From Octopus bimaculoides (lineage: Eukaryota): a stretch of 33,614 nucleotides of DNA. Positions 21,330 to 31,959 of this stretch are shown piece by piece. The stretch spans positions 59,344,351 to 59,377,964 of the forward strand of contig NC_068987.1 in assembly GCF_001194135.2 (NCBI RefSeq). Reading direction: 5' to 3'. The position numbers were made by a program, and so were the translations under genes. The notes under the pieces were generated by a model. The model did no database searches. It worked only from the letters and a program-made list of their open reading frames with translations, and was not told the origin of the DNA. Position 1 is the stretch's first letter. The number at the start of each line of letters is the position of its first letter.

Positions 21330-21578
21330 ATCGTGTCATTTAAATTGATTTGACCACTCCGCAGATAACTGTGCACTTATTTTTCGAAAACGGAATATGA
21401 GGCGGGAAGATGTTGGTGGTGTATTACCTCCTATTTCTATGAATCCGCGTTCTGTCTATTTCACCGTAATGCTTTTTACAGAGTGAAAAAATACCCCATC
21501 TATCACTCAATCTACCTCCAGCTTTCACTAAGTTTGTACATTACAATTTTTCCTTTGAAGTCACCGCCGACCTCTGCG

Positions 21579-21638
<60 letters not shown>

Positions 21639-22630
21639 GTTGTATATCTGTGTGCCTCTCTCCTCTCACTACCTCTTCATCGTTTTCTCTCTAGAGAAAA
21701 TCACGTGAGAGGGAGAGAAAAGGAGGTTATGGAGAAAAAACAAGTGACACGCTGGACCCCTGCTTTCTCTCTGTCTATATATATCCCTCTCTATGTCTCT
21801 ATTTCGTTCACTATCTTCCTCTCTCTGGTTGTATATGTGTGTCTCTCTCACTACCTCTACCTTTTTTGCTCTCTAGAGAAGAAATACTTGGGACAAATAG
21901 AAAGGGGGTTCCGGAGAAAAACAAGGGACACAGAAGGGGGATTAACATTTATTTAGACTATCCAAATTGTGCTACCAATACTACTACTACAACCACTAAT
22001 ACCTATTAATATATACTGCCACCATTACTACCAACACAACCACAACCTACTGCCATCACCCATGCTTCTCGGAAACCTTGATCAGCCAAGATTGTGCAAT
22101 GGTACACGTATAGTTGTGAGTAAACTACAGCCTCACATTATCGAAACAAAAATCCTCACTGGATGTGGTAAGGGAGACTTCGTATTTATGCCTAAAATAC
22201 CGCTAATACCAACAAATGACCCCTTTCGTTTCAAACGATTACAATTCCCAGTGAGAGTCAGTTACGCAATGGCCATTAACAAGTCCCAAGTTCAAACACT
22301 GCAGGTTGTCGGTCTCCATCGAGAAGAGGGCTGTTTCTCCATAGTCAATTGTATGTAGGTTGTTCCAGAGTGGGAAACCCCCAGATACTTTTTATATATG
22401 CTCCAAAGAAATGAATTGTATGTACTGAAGTTCCGTAAATGTTTTATAACTTTCGTACAATACATTTTTCTATTAATATTTATATTACTTTCTGTATTCA
22501 GATATTTCGAATAAATTTTTAAAATTATGTAATGCAATATTCAAATGCCTTTTAAGAACTTTTATTGTAAGGAAAATAGGCAATACGATAAATGCCAAGA
22601 TATGCCTTACGAATACATTTCAACCCCGTA
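21330..22630 (+). mobile_element. Helitron remnant with internal microsatellites and two ~110-bp subrepeats (21638-21755, 21828-21935)
   Basis: Contains a PIF1-type helicase fragment; element boundaries are uncertain. Confidence 0.6.
22062..22414 (+). pseudogene. Helitron RepHel PIF1 helicase C-terminal fragment
   Basis: MLLGNLDQPRLCNGTR..RLQFPVRVSYAMAINKSQVQTL..CFS, then a 1-nt frameshift to HSQLYVGCSRVG; these are PIF1 motifs IV-VI. Confidence 0.92.
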
Positions 22631-22633
22631 CAG

Positions 22634-22867
22634 AATTCAACCGCCGAATTAGACGTTAAATAGTTTTAGCTTTATAGACCAACCATGTGTGTATAAATGT
22701 AAACATACAAATTTTTGTTTTTTTATTAGAAGTGTCGAAATGTGTATAGTATGATATAAATAACATGATATTTTTTCGAACGCAAAGTTGCTGTTAGAAC
22801 AGCATTATACACACACAGTAGTTCTATAAAGCTAAAACTATTTAGCATCTAATTCAGCGGTTGAATT
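22634..22867. mobile_element. MITE-like element with 45-bp inverted repeats
   Basis: 22634-22678 versus the reverse complement of 22823-22867: 42/45 identical, all differences C/T. Confidence 0.75.
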
Positions 22868-23115
22868 TGTCAGCGGGCAATTTAGCTTAATAGTAAAGTA
22901 CTCAGCCGGAGTCTTTGAAAGATATAGGTTTGAGTCCCGTTGCTGGTTGCTGACAAATTTTTCCTCCTTGTAAGGGTAATTTACCAAGTATTTCTGCTGT
23001 TCTAACGGCAACCCTGCGTTTGAAAAAATATCATCTTATTTGTATCGTACAATACACATTTCGACACTTCTAATAAAAAACAAATATTTGCTTATACATA
23101 TATATAATACATACA

Positions 23116-23169
<54 letters not shown>

Positions 23170-23774
23170 AGTATGTATGTATGTATGTATGTTTGCATGC
23201 ATGTATGTATATGTGTGTGTGTAAGCATGTATATTCTTTGTTGTAATGAAACACCTCTATGAAAGCTGTGCAGTTAAAAAAAGGATGGTTGGTTTAAAAA
23301 ACTAACTTGGGTTCTTGAATTAGGAAAATTAATAATCTTACATTTTCCTTTTTTTATATTTTGTGAGTGTATGTGCGCGCGCACATGCACGCTTGAGTGC
23401 ATTGTGATGAAATGAAACGATAGCGAGACGACAGCGAAACGTCATTTTAATTGAAACAAGTTATACTTTATGCCATTTTGTAATATATATTTGGCTGTTT
23501 GATCTTGTTTATCATGGAAGTAACATACATTTCCATTTATAAATTTCTCTTTCGAAAATTTTCAAATAAATATTCAAATTTCTCTTTGCTTTTTCTAATG
23601 AGTTTATTTTACAAAAGGAAAATAAATAAATAAATAAATAAAATAAAAATTTACTGTCTTATTTTCAACAATGTTCGCTCTATAATTTAATTCTTTCCCT
23701 GTCGAAGTTATTTTCTTAAGTTTATCCGAAATGTCCTTGCCTGTTTTCAGATTTTTAGTTACGTACGTTCTGAC

Positions 23775-24283
23775 TGTTATAAAGTTTTCCTTTCATAAGT
23801 CTTAAGATACTCTGGTGGTTGAAAGCTATTTGGAATGTGCATTTCATATGATGCATGGATACCAGAGAAATATGTCCTGGGTATCATTAAAAAAAAAAAA
23901 TGAAATAAAACTGGCACTCCATCGGTTACGACAACAAGGATTCCAGTTGATCCGATGAACAGAACAATCTGCTCGTGAAATTAAAGTGCATGTGGCTGAG
24001 CACTCCACAGACACGTGTACCCTTAACGTAGTTCTCAGGAAGATTCAGCGTGACGCAGAATGTGACAAGGCAGTCCTTTTTGAAATACGGGTACTACTTA
24101 TTTTTACCCGCTGAGTGGACTGGAGCAACGTGAGATAAAGTGTCTTGCTCAAAGACACAACGCGTCGCCAGAAATCGAACTCACGACTTTATTTGTTATA
24201 AAGTTTTCCTTTCATATGTCCCAAGATAATCTGGTGGCTGAAAACTGTTTCGAATGTGCATCTCATATGATGCATGGATACCA
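23775..24283 (+). repeat. 90-bp direct repeat pair (23775-23864, 24194-24283) flanking the SINE
   Basis: 81/90 identity with no gaps. Confidence 0.92.
23908..24188 (-). mobile_element. SINE family D, 5'-truncated
   Basis: Reverse complement of the 20440-20715 copy (ctggcactccatcggttacgac..gctgagtggactggagcaacgtg..gtcttgctcaaagacacaacgcgtcgcc). Confidence 0.9.
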
Positions 24284-24299
24284 TGCATCATATTTTGTA

Positions 24300-24570
24300 G
24301 GAGAGGAATAGTCGATTAAATCGACCCCTGTACTCGACTGGTACTTATTTTATCGATCTCGAAAGTGGAGAGCTGGCAGAATCGTTAGCACGTTGGTCGA
24401 AATGCTTAGCGGTATTTTGCCCGTAGCTATGTTCTGAGTTCAAATTCCGCTGAGGTCGACTTAACTACCAGCACCGGGGTCGATATAATCGATTTACCCT
24501 CTCCCCTAAAATTTCAGGCCTTGTGCCTATAGTAGAAAAGTTATTTTATCGACCTCGAAACGACAAAAGA
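24300..24570. mobile_element. SINE family C plus-strand copy (24365-24540) inserted in a minus-strand fragment of the same family
   Basis: 20-bp duplication ttattttatcga(t/c)ctcgaaa at 24345-24364 and 24541-24560. Confidence 0.8.
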
Positions 24571-25047
24571 AAAACTCTCCCTTATCAGCTCACGGCACCA
24601 CTATCCAGTTTCAGTAATTGAAGAGGAGATAATCACTCCGAAATGCTTGCATATGCAATAACTTCTGAGAGTCAATAGTTCTCTTGGCTTTTCTCTGGAG
24701 TAATTTGTAATTAACATCTTGCATAATATTGGTTGAACAATTCTTTTTTATATACAACCGATATCCGGCAGGCTTGAGATGTAAGTGTCCTGGATTTCTG
24801 AATTTTCAGGTTTTCTGAAGAAAAGGTAAACATATATTTGAAATATAAAATAAACTATGCAAAGTAAATAGCTAAATTGTGTTTAACAGATTTAAATTTA
24901 TACGCTCCGAAAGCAGGATCTGTTTGATGTCTATTAATCCCCTTAAAATTATGTTATTCTGTATATTATACAATGTAATCAGCATAAGGTTTATAGAACA
25001 AAAAATGTAAAGGAATAAACGTAAAGAACATTAACAGATGTAGGTAG

Positions 25048-25481
25048 TAGGCGTAGGAGTGGCTGTGTCGTAAGTGGTTCCGAGTTCAGTCTTCTACTGA
25101 AGCAAGTGTCTTCTACTATAGCCTCGGGCCGACCAAAGCCTTGTGAGTGGATTTGGTAGACGGAAACTGAAAGAAGCCCGTCGTATATATGTATGTCTGT
25201 GTTTGTCCCCCAACATCGCTTGACAACTGAAAGAAGCCCGTCGTATATAGGTATATATGTATATATGTGTGTCTGTGTTTGTCCCCCAACATCGCTTGAC
25301 AACTGATGCTGGTGTGTTTACGTCCCCGTAACTTAGCGGTTCGGCAAAAGAGACCGATAGAATAAGTACTAGGCTTACAAAGAATAAGTACTGGGGTCGA
25401 TTTGCTCGACTAAAGGCGGTGCTCCAGCATGGCCGCAGTCAAATGACTGAAACAAGTAAAAGAGTAAAGAGTAAAGAGTAA
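25048..25481 (+). mobile_element. SINE family A, near full length, with head deletions and an internal tandem duplication
   Basis: gcgtaggagtggctgtg head; duplicated 25165-25224 / 25225-25300; (AAAGAGT)n tail. Confidence 0.93.
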
Positions 25482-25550
25482 CTAATATAATTCTCAAGGA
25501 GAATATGTTCAACCTTAATCAGTCCACTAAAGAAAGTAAAGTATATAACT

Positions 25551-25612
25551 ACTTTTAACACACCGTATGCAATTAAACAAACTTTTAATACACCGTATGC
25601 AATTAAACAAAC
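25551..25612 (+). repeat. 30-bp tandem duplication
   Basis: acttttaa(c/t)acaccgtatgcaattaaacaa twice, 1 mismatch. Confidence 0.95.
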
Positions 25613-25778
25613 GAAGTGGTCTACAATATATTGCACAGTACTGCACACTATTCTTGGGTTTCTGGAAATTTCGGATTTTTGGAAGTCGGATGGGAAGTCC
25701 GGTACTGCAGTTAATCAATTATTTAGTTACTATAACGTCATTTTATGACAAATTGCATCGTCGTTCACAGGTTTCTAG

Positions 25779-25898
25779 AAGGTTCGAACACTGGCTCACT
25801 GGTTCACTGTGTTTTACGACAAGAATAACAAGGGATTGTTCGAGCAACTCAGGCGAAGCAAATATTATAAAAAGGAACTTTCGTTCGAAAGTTTATAG
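25779..25898 (+). CDS. Weak candidate terminal exon (KVRTLAHWFTVFYDKNNKGLFEQLRRSKYYKKELSFESL*)
   Basis: Follows tttctag; protein-like composition in non-repetitive DNA; no homology recognised. Confidence 0.2.
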   Translation, partial: KVRTLAHWFTVFYDKNNKGLFEQLRRSKYYKKELSFESL

Positions 25899-25985
25899 TT
25901 TTTCTCACCGATTTACATCACAGATACGCGTACATGTATACGTATGTATATATGTATGTGATTGTGTGTATGTGTGTTTCTGTGT

Positions 25986-26019
<34 letters not shown>

Positions 26020-26159
26020 ATGTGTAAGTTCGTGTGTGAGTGTGTGTGTGTGTGTGTGTGCAAGTATATGTATATCTATTTTTCTATCTCTCTGACTCAG
26101 TGTGTCTGTCGGTTTGTCTGTCTGTCTGTTTGTCTGACTCTCTCTCTCTCTCTCTCTCT

Positions 26160-26212
<53 letters not shown>

Positions 26213-26285
26213 TGTATATGCGTATATATGTACATACATATATAGCATTATTTGTTTATCCCAAAATGTTATTTGTTTATATCAA

Positions 26286-26363
<78 letters not shown>

Positions 26364-28312
26364 ATGTAAACAACACTCATATCTATCTGTATACAAGCAT
26401 ACATATTCACGTAATATCAAAATACAATTCGCACATGCACTACCGATAGCAATGAGAAGGCCACGGAACAGAATATTTTTGAGAAGGCTGCTGTATTTTT
26501 TCCCCCTCTTTAAATGAGTTTTCCATATTGTTTTTAAAGAAATTTGATAGTTTCTTTTGTGTGTGCTTGTTGGTATCAAGTGTACGATTAAGACAGAAAC
26601 AAAGATGATATTTCTGATGTCTCCAGTGAACGTCTTTCAGTTTGAAAAGGTTTTTACTAAAGCTGATTCTATGTATGTATGTATGTATGTAAGTATGTAT
26701 TGTTTATGGCACTTGATTCTGTTTGGATAAGGTTATTATGTAACCTCATTGTTATTGCTTTCAACCCAGTTGTTTGTTTAATACGGTATCTTGTTCTGCT
26801 GACGCGTGAACGTACAGTAAGAGATATGCTATCAATGAGTTAAGCCATAGACGCGGTTTCGATTCTCAATTGAATCCATTTTATTCAATTTTTGTTGCTG
26901 ACGCCCTTATTAAAAGAATGAACGCCACAATATTGCATTCCTTTCATTTCTAAATAAGAATCAGTGAATTTAATAAGTTATCTGGTCTTGTGAAGGATTT
27001 GCAGAGCAACCGACGAGTTGTGGCTATATTGTAGTTTCATTTTCGTTTGAACGCCATTTATACTTTGGTTCTGCCGTTGATTGCTTTGGATAAAGTACAA
27101 TTGTTACAACCACCCGTTAATTCTGAATTAAACTGTAGTTTCTTAAATAATTCCAGTAGAAACTATATGACTGATAATTGAATTCAAAACTTTTCCTTCT
27201 CTGAGACAAAAAAACTGTTATGTAATATGAAATGCCTTTTCTCCTCGCGGCATACAAACTTGTTCAAATTAACCAATTTTGTAGCATAACATTTGCTGAT
27301 ACACACCTACACCGTTTATTTCCCCCCCCCCCCGAGTTCTACTTGTTTATACGCGTTATAACTGATGATGAGCATGATATTGTAAAATGAACTTAATGGT
27401 AGCCCTTACCGATAGATATTGAGAAAGGTATGGACGTCACGCAATTTTCTCTCAAAGCTTTCTCCTATAAATATCTAGTTTCGTGCTTTAAAAACATATA
27501 ATTGTTCTGTGATGCCCTTAAGTACATTTTCTCCCAATTTCCTGAAACTTTTCAACTAATATTGAGAAATAACATTTCAAAAAGAACAGTAGAAGGAAAT
27601 TGGCACTCTCTCAAGGTCATTTTAATAATAGATATGACAATAAATTGGTTTCAGCTAAAGATACAAATCAGGTCACGGATTTAGTTCACCGAGAAAATAT
27701 CACCCACTGTGCAAACGCACCCAGTTCTGATGGAGAAGACTAAATGATCAATGGTGTTCAAGCTGCAGTCATTCAGTCTTACTTTTCATAAGATGAAAGG
27801 ACTATGGGGTGTAGCATGAAAGACACCGTGACGGAACCAGTGAGAGGAGACAGATGAATCAAGCGGTCTTGGTTATGTAGGTTGTACGTGTTTAGTAGTG
27901 AATCTAGGAGATTAAATATTTAATTTCAGATAAATACTGATTAACAAATTCAATAAATGTGAAAATGAAAGTGAAGACCTCCAGCAACTTCCAATTCAGT
28001 CACGTGCAAAGATTATAGATAACTCAAATCAAGCCTCTTAAAGCTGATACCAGAAGTCGGAAATATGTTGAAACATTATAAGTGGGATGGCTCAAATATA
28101 AATTGTAATTGGTCACAAACTCGACTTAGTCAGAACATAACAGCCCTCAGTGGTACACATAGATTTATTTGACATATGTAAATGCGAATATGTGAACATA
28201 TTAAAACAAGAAATACATTTTCAAACAACTGAAACAGAAAAATGGTTTTGATTGTTGGCTAATCGACTTTCTTTCACTCTTATAAGAAAACGCATATATT
28301 TAAATTGGACGA

Positions 28313-28609
28313 GGATTCTAATTGATCCGAACAACAGAACACTCTGCTCGTAAAATTAATGTGTAAGTGGCTGAGCACTGCACAAACACGTATGCCCTTA
28401 ACGTAGTTCTTGGAGAGATTCAGAGTGACACAAAGAGTGACAAAGATGGCCATTTGAAATAGAGATGCTACTTATTTTTGTTAGCTGAGTGGACGGGAGC
28501 AACATGAAATAAATTGTCTTGCTCAAGGACACAATGCGCCGCCAGGTATTGAACTCCCGACCTTACGATCGTGAGCCTAATAACTTAATCACTAAGCAAC
28601 GCGCCTTCA
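28313..28609 (-). mobile_element. SINE family D, decayed
   Basis: Ends ..cacta agcaacgcgccttcac; core gctgagtggacgggagcaacatgaaa..gtcttgctcaaggacaca. Confidence 0.88.
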
Positions 28610-28664
28610 CATATATGCATACATACATGTATCTAGTACTTCCGACAACTAACCATACGGAAAC

Positions 28665-28781
28665 ATGGGAAAGCAATATCTGGATATTTTTGGTAGGGAT
28701 ATACCTACCCCGACCAAAAATCAATACTTGGATTTATTGGAACAGAAGAACAGTGTTCTCATCAATAGGATGAGATGGGAA
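28665..28781 (+). pseudogene. Probable Penelope-like element ORF N-terminal remnant
   Basis: RDIPTPTKNQYLDLLEQKNSVLINRMRWE resembles the recalled PLE N-terminal pattern KNIPxPS..Y...L..K...I.RMRWKA. Confidence 0.5.
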
Positions 28782-29543
28782 GGGGGGGGGGGATTTTACT
28801 TTATATATATAACAAGAGAGAGAGAGGGAAGGCGAGAGAAAGAGAGAGTGACAGAGAAATAGAGAGAAAATTTGCAGACACATGCACTTTATTACAATGG
28901 AACTTGCGATCTATGATCTATGCTGAGAAGCTATTACATAACACTTTGGACTTTTACGTCACAACCTGAAAAAAAAACTTCGTCTTCGTTTTTTTATATC
29001 TAAAGTATCTTGCACTGCAAACTAATGTACAACTCATCGTTGACACGGCATTCGTTAACTACTCGTGCTAATATAATGCATTCCTTTGTTTTCTATATTA
29101 AGACAGATGCATTGGGCTGTTAAGAGTTATATTACTTTCTCACGATCATCGCGCAGATCCGGTGACGATATACGAAACGTGGACCTTTCGGTTGACGATC
29201 CAACACCGAATCTACTCGACCAGCTGTGATTCGCAATCTCAATACATTATAATATATTAACATAAATACACATATTTATACCTTCATGAGTGTCCCTATC
29301 TATTTTCTGTGTATGTGCGTATGAATTATGGTTGTATTAAACAGATTCACCTTTTGAGTTTCCTTTTCGGTTTATTTTCCTTTTACTACAAGAAGATTGA
29401 AACGAAAATGATTGAAAAAACTACTATGGTAAATATATTAACAAAACCTTAAATTGTAAAGATAGTTTACAGTATATAATTTTTCAGGTGACACCTGTTT
29501 TTGTTAAAATACCTTCGAGATAAGAAGTATTAAATTATACTAG

Positions 29544-29651
29544 GGTTGCGGCGATTACCAATGCTAATGACGAAAGTGAAGGACAATGAGCATATATATT
29601 TGTTGGAGGAACGAAAGCAATATAAGGGAGTAACTCGGCAATGTCTTCCTG
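29544..29651 (+). CDS. Weak candidate internal exon (LRRLPMLMTKVKDNEHIYLLEERKQYKGVTRQCLP)
   Basis: 108 nt, frame-preserving, bounded by ttatactag| and |gtatgt. A competing minus-strand 90-nt exon (29559-29648) is also open. Confidence 0.22.
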
Positions 29652-30700
29652 GTATGTGATATAGTCGGAAACAGGAAAAGGGAGTGATCGAAATGATAGT
29701 CATGAGAACAATATCTAACGAACAGTTGTTAAACCACTCTCCCTCATTCCCCTCTCCTCTTCTCTTCCTCCCTCTTATGTATATGTGTTGCGCGCGTGTG
29801 TGTAGAAATATATACATACATACATACATACATACATGCATACATACGTACGTACATACATACATACATACATACATACATACATACATACATACATACA
29901 TGCATTCATATATACAAACATACATACACGTGTGTGTGTGTGCATGTGTGTACGTGTTGATAGATAGATTGAAAAAACAGGTAGATAGGGAGATAAATGC
30001 ACGTATGTGGTAGGTGAGATTAATTATAAATGCACATATTACCTCTCAAACGTTCTACATGTGACTTTACAAGATTATTGTTGTCTAAATTCCAATGATG
30101 AAACCCTTTTTATTTGTTAGAGACTGTTTCCTTCTTTACTGGAGATAGCTGACTATAGACAAACATAAAATAAACATGCATTAAACATCACCGGCAACTC
30201 CCCTAAGGTGTCACCAAACATCTTTAACGAATCATAAAATAATATACAATACTATCGTTGGGGTACAGACGTAGAGAAATATCAGCAAAGTATCCGTACA
30301 CACATTTCGACTTAATAAATATTAATGGAAAATTCCAATAAAAAAATTCGAATCTTTACCGCTAAACTCACGCAGTCCGATGTTATTGAAAATTTTTATA
30401 CAGATATAGAGTTGCAAGCTAGTTACGAAAATTCCTATAATTATTTAAGAGAGATTATTGATTAAAAGATTACATCTCTTTAAAGATTGAGATTTTCTTT
30501 TTTCCCTGTGAAAGTTTAGCTATCCAGATCCGTATATTCCGAACAGTACAAGAAACCAAAGTTTGTTACTTGAATGTGTTCCCACAGCAGCTAATGGGGT
30601 TAGGGCTAGAGTCGTGATTTAAGGTTATGATATAGGGTTTAGGGCTAGGGATCGTGTATAAAGGCAGGTTAGGGCATAGGTTTAAGATTTTGCTTTAGGG

Positions 30701-30886
30701 TACTGCTCTACAACCGGTATGCTGCGGCACACTGGTGGGCCACGAAACGATGCTAGGTGCGCCTCAGTGTAACCTGAATGCAATTTTTTCCCCTATACTT
30801 TTAGTTATATTTTCAGTTCAAGTGTGCCGTCAAATTTTGAAAAGAATATTAGTGTACCGCAAGTGAGAAAAGGTTGCGGAGCACTG
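30701..30886. mobile_element. hAT-type MITE
   Basis: TIRs tactgctctacaacc / ggttgcggagcactg (11/15); 8-bp flanks ctttaggg / ttttagga with central TA. Confidence 0.7.
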
Positions 30887-30894
30887 TTTTAGGA

Positions 30895-31245
30895 TAGAGG
30901 TTCTCAACCATTTTTTTTTTTTTTTTTTGCCTATGGACCCCTTTGTTTGCTATTTTATTCTGGTTGACCCCCATAGCCATTCAGTGTTTAAGAACTAATT
31001 TTATAGATACTTTCAAAATTCTTGCCTGGTTATTATTAACTTATTCACTTGTAGAGGTTAAACTATGTACAATGTTAGAGGAAGAAACCTAGATATTTCT
31101 TGCAGTACGTACTTTTAAATGAAAACTTTTTATGGACCCTTAAAATACTGCTGTGGATCCCCGATTTACTATTTTACTGGCATGGATCCCTAAAAATCTT
31201 ATATAGACCTCTAGGGGTCATATGACTCCCGGTTGAGAACCGCTA
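30895..31245. mobile_element. hAT (Charlie-like) MITE
   Basis: TIRs tagaggttctcaacc / ggttgagaaccgcta (14/15); internal ggaccc subterminal motifs. Confidence 0.8.
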
Positions 31246-31309
31246 CTATGGGGTTCGGGTTAGGGCTTGAGGTAAGGGCTTGCAGTACTCCGCAAAATTA
31301 CATTTTTTT

Positions 31310-31425
31310 TCTTTCTTTTCTTTTAGTTGTTTCAGTCATTATGATTGCGGCCATGCTGGAGCACCACCTTGAAGGGTTTTAGTCGAACGAATCGACCCCA
31401 GAACATTTTTAAAGCCTAGTACTAT
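31310..31425 (-). mobile_element. SINE family A-type 3' fragment
   Basis: ttgtttcagtcatt..gcggccatgctggagcacc..ttagtcga..aatcgaccccag..aagcctagtact. Confidence 0.85.
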
Positions 31426-31446
31426 AGATAACATTGGTGGCATGGA

Positions 31447-31580
31447 GAGGGGAGGCTGATATGCATAGGTGACTGCTGGTCTTCAATAAACAACCTTGCT
31501 TGGACTTGTGCCTTAGAGGGGAACTTTCAAGGTGCACTCCCATGGTCGTTCAAGGTCGAAGGGGGTCTTTACCCTTTTAC
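31447..31580 (+). mobile_element. Probable SINE 3' fragment (family E)
   Basis: gactgctggtcttcaataaacaaccttgc..gaagggggtctttaccctttt recalled as an abundant octopus repeat tail; only one copy here. Confidence 0.45.
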
Positions 31581-31735
31581 ATCTGTAGAGAAATTTTCAA
31601 TAAATTCTTAAACGGCAAAGGTCCTAAAATTTCGTCAAGTACAAATTTAAATTCAGTTTTCATTTAGGCATTTGGGATTCTTTAAAAGACTCACTAATGT
31701 GAAAGCCTACTGTCAAACTCAGAAAGGCTTTATAC

Positions 31736-31959
31736 CAGTGCTTCACAACCATTTTCTTATATATGGACCTCTTTGATTCCAATTTTACTTTGATGGACCT
31801 TCCTACTCATTTGATATTCTAAAGATTTTATTATATTTTCATAATTAGGTATCATTAAGAGTTGTATTTTTAAAAAATGTTATATTTTGTGTATAACCAG
31901 TTCATTTCACATAAATTTTAATAACAAAATCATATATGGACTCTGGTTGAGAATCACTG
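31736..31959. mobile_element. hAT (Charlie-like) MITE, same family as 30895-31245
   Basis: TIRs cagtgcttcacaacc / ggttgagaatcactg; 8-bp TSD ctttatac / ctttaaac (7/8). Confidence 0.85.

Larger units (their letters stand above)
30595..31280 (+). repeat. Degenerate interstitial TTAGGG-like tract (30595-30700, 31246-31280) split by two MITEs
   Basis: ggggttagggctag..agggtttagggctaggg..ggttagggc and ggggttcgggttagggc..gtaaggg. Confidence 0.6.

Noticed and set aside
24810-24850. CUGAAGA..GAAAU possible hammerhead (also bare cores at 15814 and 27362)
   Set aside because: Only weak A-U pairings, no G10.1-C11.1 pair and stem I of 2 bp or less; expected by chance in AT-rich DNA.
29559-29648. Minus-strand exon EDIAELLPYIAFVPPTNIYAHCPSLSSLAL chained to 10087-9954
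   Set aside because: Phases do not join without unseen exons, the donor GTAATC is weak and no homology was recognised; noted only as an alternative to the plus-strand candidate.
870-30013. Many long ORFs in the supplied track (e.g. 18832-20025, 17323-18201, 25567-26364, 10211-10645)
   Set aside because: They run through N gaps or dinucleotide and tetranucleotide microsatellites that lack stop codons.
30595-30700. True telomere or chromosome-fusion site
   Set aside because: Short, highly degenerate, single orientation and interrupted by MITEs.
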